Positions 12,697 through 24,999 of a stretch of DNA of 64,000 bases are shown in pieces. The notes under the pieces are model-generated. The model did no database searches, had not been told where the DNA came from, and saw nothing but the letters and a program-made list of their open reading frames with translations. The translations under genes and the position numbers were made by a program. Source of the stretch: Camelus ferus (Eukaryota); NCBI RefSeq assembly GCF_009834535.1, contig NC_045697.1:11720001-11784000 (forward strand), given 5' to 3'. How positions within the stretch are numbered: position 1 is the stretch's first letter; each line of letters begins with the position of its first letter.

Positions 12697-14129
12697 CAAA
12701 ATAAGGGGAAACGGTCGAGGAAAACTAATTATTGTATATGCATTTTTTTCCTTAGAGCAAATATCAGAGACTTTAAGGACTGGACGTATGAGGACTTTGC
12801 TCGTCTCTCCTGTAGCAAGTAATTACACATAAATGGTTCCAGGGATCCTGGAAGGCAACTCCTTTTCAATGCCCTGAGTGAATATCTGATGAAGCTTAAG
12901 GGTAGAGAGCGTATCTTGGCAGCCTACGAGGATAAAACCTAAGAGATGCAGGGATACAGGCTGCAGTAACTACATCTAAACATTCAGTAGAATACCTCAC
13001 TCTCATTTTTATGTTCTTCTAAATGCAGATAATCTCGCCCCTCTTACACCCTTTTTTGTGAAATTTATGAACGATAAAAAATAACTCTGCTACCTTACAG
13101 AACCCTTTATAACTGACTCCTTCCTCTGCCCAATGATCATTCCTGTGTGTGGCTATGTTTTGAAAGGTGATAAACAATTTATTAGTTCCATTAAAGACAC
13201 CTCCTTATGAAATGAGAGCGTTCCTTAAAGTGACATGGTTCCAGCTAGAATCACAGGTTCTGTCATGAACGACACAGAAGCTGAAGATTTATAATACTTA
13301 TCAGTAGACTACAACGTCTCACTTGGCAAGTATAATGTTTAATTTATTTGATTTCTTAGCTGATTTCACACTTACTAGGATTTTCACAGTATAGTCACAC
13401 TAATTCTTTAAAATAATCTCCTTGTAATACCAGGCAGAGAGTGGAAAATAGATTTTTGCCAGAAACTGCTTCTTAAAAAATTGCAAAATAGAGATTTTGG
13501 AGGTAACTTATCATGCCTCTGTTGTTTCTCATGGCCTCTGTCAGACACACACACACACACACACACAGAGCAACGCAATGCTCTCCTGTCAAACTAAATC
13601 CATCTTATTTTGATATTTAAACATATTACATAATTTGTATCTTTAATCAACACAGTCAATTTGGCTAATGCACATGGGTGATTGGGTGTCAATGTGCTAA
13701 TAACAATGTCTGGGTGCTAATTCCAGGAAAGGCTGAATTCCCTGAGAACAAGCCTGGATTAACTACAAGCGTTCGCCTCTTGGCTTTCCTAGAACTATTT
13801 GGTTTCACCTCCATTTAACCTTGACATTCATAAACCAGATCTAAAGGTTTGACAAATAGGGATCCAACTTAAACACAGAGTAGAATGCCAAAACTCCTAC
13901 ACATATTCTCCTGGGCAGGGGTCGGGGGGATGTGAAGCTGAATGAGACCATCTGCTTTTAGCACCTTGCACTTTGACCTCATCTAGTAAATATGGTTCAA
14001 GAATCATGTAGCCTGTTATTTAAAAGGATCTGTGGTGGGTAAAAGAAAAAATGTATATTTGAGGGGTACTTAATTACCCATGAAAATATTCAAGGACCTG
14101 TGGCCATGAAGAAATGATATCATCACATC

Positions 14130-14378
14130 TACTGAGTGTTCTAAGGAACACTAGCATAATTCTGAGTGAATAGAGTTCTGTTTTCAAGTAAGTTGGGAAT
14201 TTTTGAATACAGTGCACCCCCACCCACCTCTGAGTTTCATATTAAGAATCTCCATCTTAAAAGCTCAAAAAAACTCTTGCAGTGAAGAAACCTATTTAAA
14301 TTTGGTTAACCCACTGTTACCTAAATTGATTTGACCAGAGAACATTTTTTAGCAAGAATATTTTGGGAATGTTGATTA
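14130..14378. mobile_element. Old hAT-Charlie-type MITE (subfamily uncertain)
   Basis: 'gtgttctaaggaacactag', 'gcagtgaagaaacctatttaaatttggttaaccca', 'ttgaccagagaac'. Confidence 0.55.
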
Positions 14379-16165
14379 AGCTAAAAGACACCCAGGAGAA
14401 AGATCAGGAGAACTCAAGCCCTAGGTTGGCTCTCTTTTAGTTCAATGTACAACTTGGAGCGAGTCCTTTTGTTAAATTTATGTTTTGAGAAAATAAACTA
14501 GGTAAGAGACTCTGAGGTCTCTTCCAGCTCATAAATGAAATGATCTGAGAAAATCTAATAAAAATGAAGGCAAGAGGCTGGAGAAAATACTGTACATCAC
14601 CCAAAGGACTGGGATAAGTGAGGCGAGACTAACAACCAGGGAGGTGTATGAAGACCTGAGCAATTCATCCCCAAGAAAGTCCTACCAAACGCCTCAGGAG
14701 CAGGTCCAGATCATTGTCAAGAGAAGTCAGGTTAGAGCCAGGGAGACAAGACCTTGAAACACTAAATAGATATAACAAAGACTGGAACAAGAACTGAGCA
14801 AGGAGGGCAGATGAAGAGTCAACCATGTGTGGGATGAAATGAAGTCCACAAAATAGCTCCAGGTGAGGGGTTCGTGGGTGAGCCCAACGACAGAGACTTG
14901 GCGAAAGGCCACCCTTTGTATATATGGTGGGCGAAGCTCTGGGAGCAGGAGTGGCCTGGACAAAGGAAACCATGACAGACTCAACAAAATTAAAATTATA
15001 GGTCAACTTTCTAGCAATATTTGGTTGGACCTTGAACCTTTTATTAAATTTTGAATGAAATTTGTCTTACAACTCAGGGAACAAAAAGAAAAAAAAATGT
15101 AGTTGAATAAAACCAAAGTTTTCCAGCCTAGAATCCCTGGGCTGCTGAGGCTTTCACAAAGGTCAGAAAGGGTCTCCAAGTTGCAGTTTCTGCTAAAAGA
15201 AGTAGGGCTCTTGCAGCTGTTTTCTCAGGATGCTGATCAAGAGGCCACAATCTGGGGTTGGAGTCCACAGGGATACAGGTAGGGCAAGGGGCTGACACTG
15301 CTTAGGGAAAGGCACAAATGCAAATGTTACGACCGGAAGAATACCAGCAGAATAAGAGTCCAAATTGCAGAGCCAAGACAGAGTGATGGTCAGCAGAAGC
15401 TGGATGCTCTTGGATTGTGCGCTGTCGTTAAAAAGAATTTTGAGCCCCATATACACCTGCACTGTACGCAAACTACGTATGTGTAGCACTGTACTACTAG
15501 GTTAAAATCATTACATAATATACACAAAAAAGCAGAAAATTTAAACCAATGAAAAAATAAATAAATATAAAGTTTCTAATACTGCATGACCCCTAGAATG
15601 AAAGCGCTCCACTCGAGACCACTGACGGAAACCAGGTGAGGGCAAGAGAAGATGAAACACCAGCGAGAGGGGAACCAGTCAGAGAGGTGGCTGCAGTCAG
15701 ACGGGAGCTCACCATCCGGGGCTGTGGATCTGCATCAGGCTGGTTTAAAGAATTAGAAGGAGGGAGGATAATAAGGATCTGAAAGCCCTTTTGGAAATTC
15801 AAGACTGAAATGTAAATATACCTGTACCTGTGATAAGACCACGAAACCTGAAAAATCATACTCTTTTTTTTTTAAATTTCAGCTAGAATTATATCAGCTC
15901 CATGTAGTCATATTTGCCTCCTAACAGATGACATTACATTTGTTTATGCTTTGATTTAACAAGTAGGGGGAAGATATTATCTTTGATCTACTGAGAACCC
16001 TGCAAGACACAGCTGTTGAAATGGAAAAGTAAATATGGAAGTTCTCAGAAGTAAAAATACTGAGAATTATGGGCCTAGAGTATCTATAAGTCTATGATTT
16101 GAGGTCATCGACATGGCCACGTTGCTTCACCAGAACGATTCTTCAAGCTGGAAAACACGCTGGAT

Positions 16166-16363
16166 CAGCATCATTCGACAGAACTTTCTACGTAAGAGAA
16201 GTCTTCTATTTCTGTGCTCTCTGCTGTGGTGGCTCCCAGCCCCGTGTGATTACTGGGCACTTGAAATGTGGCTAGAGAAACTGAATTTTAAATTTTATTT
16301 AACCTTAGTAATTTAATTTGAAGTAGTCCCATGTGGCTAGTGGCTACTGTATCAGATAGTGCA
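16166..16363 (+). mobile_element. MER3 hAT-Charlie
   Basis: 'agaactttct...gcacttgaaatgtggctag...actgaattttaaattttatttaa...catgtggctagtggctactgtat'. Confidence 0.85.
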
Positions 16364-16739
16364 TCCCTTGAGTAAAGTCTCAAACAAATATATAACAATC
16401 AGTTACTAGCAGCAGTCAACAGAGTTCATGAAGAGTTGGGCAGACTTGCTAAAATTCCACAGTATAATTTGTCAAGTAGACTTTGAATTTAACAAGCCAC
16501 AAAATCAAAGGATGCCAAGAAATAGGCTTTAAGTAGAAGATATTAGCCTATAACCAAAACGAAGAAAACCCACAGATACAAGAGGGTCAATGAACTGCAA
16601 AGAAATAGAAAGAGGATAAAAGCCCATGGGACCACAGTGGGCAGCAAATGGAATGAGCCAGAAGCGTGTCTAGAATGAAGATGATCAGGGCTGAGCTGAG
16701 AGATGAGGATGTAAACGTGCCAGCGAGGAATCCCTCCTC

Positions 16740-17090
16740 TAGACTTGGCTTGCATTTCTGGCCTCCACATCTGAAGAGGGATGAGAAGGAACTGGAGAAG
16801 GTCCAAGGAAGAACAAAATGATTCAACTGTTGGATCACAGAGTCACAGTGGGGAAATATTGGATGTATTGTGGCTTTTTAATCCAGAGAAATAGAATTTG
16901 AGGGTAACAATATCTGCCTTCAGGTACCAGAAGAGTCACAATAAGTGGCATCTGCCAGACGGTCCCCATGCACACGGAGGAGGAAATTACACTTAATATA
17001 CAGCAGGTAAGATATTTCATTTAGCCAGAAGGAAGATTTGTCTATTCAGAGGGAATAGTTTAACAGGGAGGCAGTTTCATTTAATCAGAG
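16740..17090 (+). mobile_element. L3/CR1 LINE ORF2 3' remnant
   Basis: 'ttctggcctccacatctgaagagggatgagaaggaactggagaaggtccaaggaaga' resembles the CR1 FW-P-FK-D--KLE-VQRR region. Confidence 0.65.
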
Positions 17091-17298
17091 ATGTTAAACA
17101 TCAGAGCCTTCGGGGACTGAGCCTAAAATATAAATAAGATACAGACCCTGAGCACCAGGACCTTCGCCGGAGGTGGGGGGGCAGGACTACGTTACCTCGC
17201 ACCCGACCACAACACACTGCACAAGCCTGTTAGGAAGAGGGAGAGGACTGTTGATGGCTCCACACTCACACCGCCCGCTCCCCGCAGAGGGAGCTGCA

Positions 17299-19746
17299 CA
17301 GGGATACCCTGTTTAATGCACTTGGCTTTACCGCATTCTGCAGATACTGCTTTTTTTTTTTAAACAAATTGAAGATATGTGGCAACTTTGCCTGGATCAA
17401 GTCTATCAGTGCCATTTTTCCAACAGCATTTGCTCAATTGATGTCTCTGTATCACATTTTGGTAATTCTTATAATATTTACAAATTTTTGTCATTATTTT
17501 ATTTGTTATGGTGACCTGTGATCAGTGATCTGCGTTGTTACTATTGTAATTGTTTGGGGGCACCATGAACCATGCTCACAGGAGACGGCGAACTTGATTG
17601 ATAAGTGTTGTGCGTGTTCTGACAGCTCCACCCACTGGCTGGTCCACGTTTCCCTCCCACTCCTGGGGCCTCCCTATTCCCTGAGACGCAACAATATTGA
17701 TATTAGATCAATCAAATACCCTATAATGACCTCTAAGTGTTCAAGTGAAAGGAAGAGTCACATGTCTCTCCTTTTAAACCAAAAGCTAGAAGGATTAAAT
17801 TTAGTGAGGAAGCTGAGATGTCGAATGCTGAGGTGGCCAAATCCAAGGCCTCTTGCACCAAACGGCCAACTTGTGAATGCAAAGGAGAAGTTCTTAAAGG
17901 AAATTAAAAGTGCTCCTCCAGGGAACACATGAGTGATAAGAAAGCAAAACAGCCTTGTTGCTGACACGAATAAAGTTGGAGTGGTCTGGATAAAAGCTCA
18001 AACAGCTACAACATTCCCTTAAACCAAAGCCCAATCCACAGCGAGGCCCTAACTCTCTTCAATTCTGTGAAGGCTGAGAGAGGTGAGGAAGCTGCAGAAG
18101 AAGCGTCTGAAGCTTGCAGAGGTTGGTTCATGACAGATAAGGAAAGAAACCATCTCCATAACATAAAGGTGCTGATGGAGAAGCTGCAGCAAGTTGTCCA
18201 GAAGAGCTAGCCAATGTCATTCATGAAGGTGGCTACATTAAACAACAGATTCTCGATGTACGCAAACAGCCTCATGTTGGAAGAAGATGCCAAGTAGGAC
18301 TTTCATAACTAGAGGAAAGTTAATGCCTGGCTTCAAACCTGCAAAGGACAAGCTAACTCTCTAATGTAGCTGGTGACTTGAAGTTGAAGCCAATGCTCAT
18401 TTACCATTATGAAAATCCTAGGGCCCTTAAGAATTATGCTAATGCCACACTGACTGTGTTCTATAGATGAAACAACAAAGCCTGGATGACAGCACATCTG
18501 TTTATCACATAGTTTACTGAGTATTTTGAGCCCACCTTTGAGAACCACTCCTTAGAAAAAGAGATTCCTTTCAAACTATTGCTGCTCATTGACAATACAC
18601 CTGGTCACCCAAGTGCTCTGATGGAGATGGACAGTAAGATTCATGTTGCTTTCATGCCTGCTAACACAAGGCATCATTTTGACTTCCAAGTCTTATCATG
18701 TAAGAAATACATTTCATAAGGCTATAGCTGCTGTAAATAGTGACTCTTCTGATGGATCTGGGCAAAGTGAATTTAAAACCTTCTGGAAAGGATTCACTCA
18801 TCTAGATGCCACTAAGAATATTCATAATTCATGGGAAGAGGTCAAACTACCGACATCAATGGGAGTTTGGAAGAAGTTGATTCCAACCCTCGTGGATGAC
18901 TTTGAGGGGTTCAAGACTTCAGGAAGTAACTGCACATGTGGTGGAAGTAGCAAGTGAGCTAGAATTAGAAATGACTGAATTGCTGCAATCTTGTGATAAA
19001 ACTTCAACAGATGAAGAGTTACTTCTTACTGATGAGCAAGGAAAGTGGTTTCTTGAGATGGAATCTCCTCCTGGTGAAGATGCTGTGAAGACTGTTGAAA
19101 TGACAATAAAAGATTTAGAATATTACATAAACTTAGTTGATAAGCAGTGTCAGGTTTTGAGAGAATTGACTCCAATTTTAAATGTTCTACTGTGGGTAAA
19201 ACACTATAAACACTATTGCACACTACAGAGAAATCATTCATGAAAGGAAGAGTCAATTAATGCAGCAAACTTCATTGCTGTCTTATTTGAAGATATTTCC
19301 ACAGCCACCCCAATCTTCAGCAACCATCACAATGATCAGTCAGTAGCCATCAACACTGAGGCAAGACTCTCCATGAGCCAAAAGATTACAAGTTGCTGAA
19401 GACCCAGAGGACGATTAGCTTTTTTTAGCAATAAAGTACTTTTTAATTAAAACATTTAATAAAACAGATAAACAACAAGGACCTACTGTATAGCACAGGA
19501 AACTATATTCAATTTCTTGTAATGAGTTTTAATGGAAAAGAATCTGAAAATATATATATATAGACAACTTACACAGTTATTTTTTAGATGTAATACTATT
19601 GCACACTTCATAGATTACCGTATAGTGTAAACACAACTTTTACATGCTCTAGGAAATCAAAAAATTCATGTGACTCACTTTGCTATGATATTTGCTTTAT
19701 TGTAGTGGTTTGGAACTGAACCCACAACAACTCCAAGGTTTGTCTG
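17299..19746 (+). mobile_element. Full-length Tigger1 (TcMar) with disrupted transposase
   Basis: Both degenerate TIRs (cagggatacc / aggtttgtctg). Transposase start at 17726 (MTSKCSSERKSH..LNQKLE), then KEKFLKEIKSA and FKTFWKGFT..DA.KNI..SWEEVK across frameshifts and stops. Confidence 0.95.
19455..19570 (+). mobile_element. Short cetartiodactyl-type L1 3'UTR fragment inside Tigger1
   Basis: 'aaacagataaacaacaaggacctactgtatagcacaggaaactatattcaa...aatggaaaagaatctgaaaa' plus (TA)n. Confidence 0.8.
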
Positions 19747-22700
19747 CATACACAGGCCACCAGGACGAAACAAAGCACAACATTAATAGAAGACAGAGCA
19801 GCTGGAAATGCCTAATGCCTCATGCTCAAGTGAATACTGGATTGGAATATATGAAAAGACTCAAGATTCAAAGAAGCCAGTTATCTCTTGTCCCAAATCT
19901 AAGATGGCAAGGCCTGTAGGACTGAGCCTCCCTGCCTTATCCTGTCATGTGCAGGGAGCAAGGCAGAACCAAAAGAGGAAGCAGGCACCTGGAAATGGGA
20001 TGCACAGGGGATCCCGCTGCTGGTGAGTCCTGACTGTGACTACATGGTGGCTAATGTAATTAACCAAGGCTAACCCGGGAAAACTGGACATAATGGATAT
20101 AGTGCCACCTCCCTGTAAGGTACCGTACTCTTATTAAACAGTCACTTTGCCCAGTCAAGGCTCAGGCTCTGTGAAACCAGAATAGCATCTCCTCTCTTGA
20201 GGAGAATGAGTGAAGCTTCCTGATGCAAATATTCCGATTATATCACAGATACAATCAAGCACTAATGAGAAATCAGAGAAGTGAGTATAATAGAGGGTGA
20301 CTGCATATTTATGCAACATTGAATTAATCTGAAACTGTGTGATATAAAAATATTAATAAAGTGCCATTTTATGCACAAAATTCAAAATTGTGCAATTCCC
20401 AAACCATCGTTTAATTCATCAGGAATTGTTTATTTTCACTGTTATTATACCAAATGAATTGTAGACAATGTTTACACTACTAGCATTTGAGCTGGTAAAC
20501 AGAAATACCCACCATCAGAAATACTTTTGTCAGATCTGCAAGAAAATTAATCTTTAGTTATGTTAGTTTTGAATTATGTAAATTCTTCAAAAATCTAACC
20601 CTCATGTAAACCATCACTTCTGTGTACAAGAGCAGAAGAAAGGCATTTCAGGAAGAGCTAAAAATTATGTGCAAATGCATAGAGCCAGAAAGAATTAAAG
20701 AAAGGGATGGAGAAAAGGAAGGAAAGCAGAAAGGATGGAGGAGGGTTTGGAATATTCAAGAAACAGTGGGAAGTGGGGGAGGGGAAAAGAGGCTGAAAAA
20801 AATTAGTTGTAAAACAACGACTCCCAAAAGCCAGTCCTCATTTCAGTATCAGGCTGTGGTAGAATTTTCATTGATCCACAATTTAAAAAGAAAAACAAGG
20901 ACAGTGTTTTCTAAAACACTAATAATTTGTTGGCATTAAAACATCCTGTTATGAAATGTTGGCAACAGGAGATGGCAGATGACAGGTAGGGTTGGCTGGT
21001 TTGTTTTTTTTTTTAATGTCCTTATTTAACAAAATAAAATTTGACAACCCTATAAAGGTCCACAATTTATTTTTCAGAAATATTACTGCTCCATTAAATG
21101 CAAGAGACAGAGAACCACAGCAATATGATAAGAAATTTAGATGATTGAATAAGGTACAAGATTAAGGACATTGAGAATAATTCTAGATACTGATTTTTAA
21201 ATTTGTTTTAAGTGCACATCAATAATTAAGAGGATATACTAGAATAATGTAAATAGCATACACATGTTCCAAAAACTGAGAGAAAAAAGTATAACAAAGA
21301 GCGTTATAAATTCAACAAAGGAAAGAAAGAAAAAGGAACTAAGAAAACAGAAAATAAGACAGCAAGAATAAATTCAACCATATCACTAATCACAACAAAT
21401 ATATCTGGGTTACATTAACCACACAGAAACTCCCAGATTGGTCACGGAAACCAAACAAACCAAACAAACAAATAAACATTGTCTGTATTTTTTTTTTTTT
21501 TTTTTTTTGCTGGAATCACATTAAAATAAGACCTTGGAAATTTAAAAATAAAATGACGGAAAAAGATAAATCAGGCAAATGCTAGCTGCAATTTTCCAAT
21601 GTGAGCTTCTCAAAAGAAGACAGTGTCATGATATTAAAGTGAGATAAAATTTAAAGGGTGGAGCATTTAGACATCAAAATTTTTAAGTTGATAAAAAATA
21701 AAATTCACCAAATACCTACAACAGCGCTTAACATAATTGTTTCAAAATATACAAGGCAAAAATTGTTAGAAGAGCAAGCAGAACTGGGCTAATCCATCAT
21801 AGTGGGATGGATTAATAGACATTTCTTAGAAAATGATTGTGTTTTCAATATGGAAGTAGAGGCTTGTATTTCACAAATAACAAGTTTAATCAAACAGCTA
21901 TATAAAAAATTGTACGTAACAGAGAAAATACATTTTTTAAGCATTCATGAAACATTTACAAATAAAGGCGGCACACAAAATCCCCACTGGGCTGCAAAAA
22001 TAGAGATTATTCCACAATCCAGTGGCATTAGAAACTTACAACAAAAGATAACGAGCGTCATCCAACCCCCAAAAATCATGACTTAGAAATTTTAAAGAGC
22101 TCTCTTAAATACTTCCAAGTAAAAGCAGAAATCAAAACCAAAATTATAGATTCTTTCAAAATTAACACGAGTGACAACATACAGCAAAATCTTTGAGACA
22201 CAGCCTCGGCGGTATTTAGAGGTCTTTGATGTGTTTATTGGGTTAAATTATATAAGCATTCGACTCAAGAAATTAAAAAACAAAAAATAAATATAGAAAA
22301 CAGGGAAGAAAGGAATAATATATAAAAATATAAATGAAGCAAATGTAAAAGAAACTGTAAGTATAAAATAAAATTTTTAAATAGTCAATCAATAAAATGA
22401 AAACTGGTCCCTTGGACGAAGAAATAAAAGTGACAATATCAAAAATGGCAATCCTTTAGCACATTTAATTATTAAAAGAAAATAAGAAGGCAGAAACAAA
22501 CTCTTAGGAAAGAGAAGACAGGCATAGCTACAGATATAGAGGGATTAAAAAAATACAATAGTCTCTGAAACCAGATTACTTGAGTTTGAATCCCAGTTCC
22601 ATCACTTGGTAGGCAAGGTACTAAATCTCTCCTCCGGGCCTCAATTTTCCCATCTGTAAAATGGTTATAATAATAGTACTAACTTCAAGGAGGATTAAGT

Positions 22701-22996
22701 GCCCTATATATAAAAGTACTTAACACTATGCCTGGTACCATAGCTGGCAATGTGTAAAGGTTCGCTATTATAATAAGAGTACAAATTCAACTTTCATCTA
22801 GGTGGAATGTATGAGTTTCTAAAAATATATAAATGAACAAATTTGACTCAAGAATAGGTTAATAATTAAGAAAGAGTGAGAAATAAAGGCAAAGATTTAG
22901 GACAAATCAGCCAACAAGCCTGTTCTATAACATTGTTTTGCAAGAAAAGTGCTAAACCTTGTTTCAGCTGTTTCAGAGCATGGAAACATATAAGGA

Positions 22997-23428
22997 GTGC
23001 ACTTCATTTTATTAGTACTTCACAGACATTGCTTTTTTTATAAATTGAAAGTTTGTGGCAACCCTGCATTGAGCAATTCTATCAGTGTGATTTTTCCAAT
23101 AGCATTTGCTCCCGTTCTGTCTCTGTGTCACATTTTGGTTATTCTAAAAATATTTCAGATTTTTTCATCATTAGTATATTTGTCACTACGTTCTGTAATC
23201 CGTGATCTTTGATGTTACTATTGTAAAAAGACTGCAACTCACTGAAGGCTCAGATGATAGCATTTTTTAGCGATAAAGTATTGCACACTTAATAGGCTTC
23301 AGTATAGTGTAAACGTAACTTTTATGTGCACTGGGAAACCAAATAAATCATGTGACTTACGTTGTTTCAATATATGCTTTATTCTGGTGGTCTGGAACTG
23401 AACCCACAAAATCTCCGAGGTATGCCTG
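22997..23428 (+). mobile_element. Internally deleted, non-autonomous Tigger1 derivative
   Basis: Tigger1 5' ~230 bp joined to 3' ~200 bp; ends with TIR 'ctccgaggtatgcctg'. Confidence 0.9.
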
Positions 23429-23685
23429 GAAGATGTGAGCAAATCAAATCTGGCAACATATTTTTTAAATACTAGGGAAAATCTTAGGAATGGGTCAGCA
23501 TTAGGGAAAAATACATTGATGAAATTCAGTATCATAACAGATTAGGAAAAAAGAAATATATGTATATAGTTAGATACTATAAAAAAGAAATATACGTTAC
23601 ATAATTTTATGTATATAATTATACATATGTCATACATACACTGTATAATATATATTTCTTTTTTCATAATCGATATATATACATA

Positions 23686-24195
23686 TAGTATCCCCCCTTA
23701 TTCATAGGGGTTCGTTCTAAGATCCCCCAGTGTTTGCCTGAAACAGCGTGTGGTACCAAACCCTATATATACTGTTTTTTCCACCCATACTTCCCAGTGA
23801 TAAAGTTTAATTTATAAATTAGACACAGTAAGATATAAACAATAATAACAAATAACAAAATAGAACAATTATAATAATATACTATAATAGTTATGTGAAT
23901 GGGGTCTCTCTCAATTTCAAAATATCTCATTGTACAAATTTAATGTTTTTTCCATCTTAACGAGACACACACTGTGGCTGTAACTTTTATAGTTTGATAT
24001 GTGACAGAAAAACTAGCATGAATTTTTTTCCTTCTTCACAGTTTCAAAGATAGATTCATTCTTACTGTAGATCTCAGCAACTTCAACATACAATGTTTTC
24101 TTTTCTTTTTTTTTTTTTTTACCAAGTTAAGAACTTTCACCTTTCCATTTAAAGGAAGCACTTTACAGCTCCTCTGGTATATCCGGATGGCCAGT
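23686..24195. mobile_element. MER44C/D-like (Tigger7 family)
   Basis: 'cccccttattc...ttctaagatcccccagtg...cctgaaac', 'gataaagtttaatttataaattag', 'actttcacctttccatttaaaggaagcactttac'. Confidence 0.85.
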
Positions 24196-24884
24196 ATTTG
24201 ATAAAGTATTTTATAAAATTCAACACTCAGCTTAATTAAAGACAAACAAATAAACAAAAATCTTAAGCTAATAAAGGGTATCTACCAACAGAAAATATCA
24301 CACTTGATGGTGAAACACTAGAATAATGCCCACTCAGGAACAGCACAGGGACACCAGCTGTCTTCACTAGTATTCAATAATTTGCTAAAGGTCCTGGTAA
24401 TTTCGATAACAGAAGACAATAAGAGAGATAAAGCATTTTAGAAAGAAAGGGACAAAGCATTCTACATTTGCAGGTAATACTATGACCTACCTGTAAAATT
24501 GAACAGCTTTCTAAACACTGGCAAAAAATTACGAAGGATCACAAAGGATCACTTTTCACTTAGGGTTCAGTTGCAGAAAATGGAAATTTCTCTAGCTGGT
24601 TTATTATAAATTATTAGAAAGCCTGGAGAAATCAGCCTCAGCAGAGGCTGAACTTCCAGGAATCATAATTCCTCTATCAGGATTGAGAAAACTGCCCACG
24701 AGGGTGGGCAGGAAACCACCCAATCAGGAAGCTGCTGACCACAGGATTACATGGCCTCTTATCATCAGAAAAGAGATTTTCAGATTCAGAAAGTTGCTGA
24801 CCCCAGAAACAGAGAGTAATGAGTTGAAGGAAAAAATAACAAGATGGAGAAGAATATGTGTAGTATAATTCCACTTACCTTTTA

Positions 24885-24976
24885 TTTATTTGTTTGTAAT
24901 GGAGGTGCTGATGGATTGAACCCAGGACCTCGTGCATGCTAAGCATGAACTCTACCACTGAGCTATTCCCTCCTCC
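24885..24976 (-). mobile_element. tRNA-Ala-like camelid-type SINE with 15-bp TSD
   Basis: Minus strand has A box 'tagctcagtgg', 'cttagcatg' and B box 'ggttcaatcc'; TSD tccacttacctttta (24870-24884) / tctatttacctttta (24977-24991). Confidence 0.85.
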
Positions 24977-24999
24977 TCTATTTACCTTTTAAAGAATTA

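Larger units (their letters stand above)
21200..24520 (+). mobile_element. Old L1M ORF2 remnant, fragmented by MIR (22560-22770), a Tigger1 derivative and MER44
   Basis: A-rich decayed endonuclease and RT motifs ('gaaaaagataaatcaggcaaatg', 'caaaatatacaaggcaaaaa', 'atggtgaaacactagaa'). Confidence 0.7.

Noticed and set aside
17525..19243. Transposase-like ORFs as a TIGD1-like domesticated gene
   Set aside because: Multiple frameshifts and stops; an ordinary decayed Tigger1
20372..20394. Small hairpin tgcacaa...ttgtgca
   Set aside because: A 7-bp stem in AT-rich DNA is expected by chance; no supporting RNA-gene features
24885..24976. Possible tRNA-Ala(AGC) gene (also 30121-30193 and 59229-59371)
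   Set aside because: A-rich tails, TSDs and substitutions or indels in the tRNA-like part indicate SINE copies
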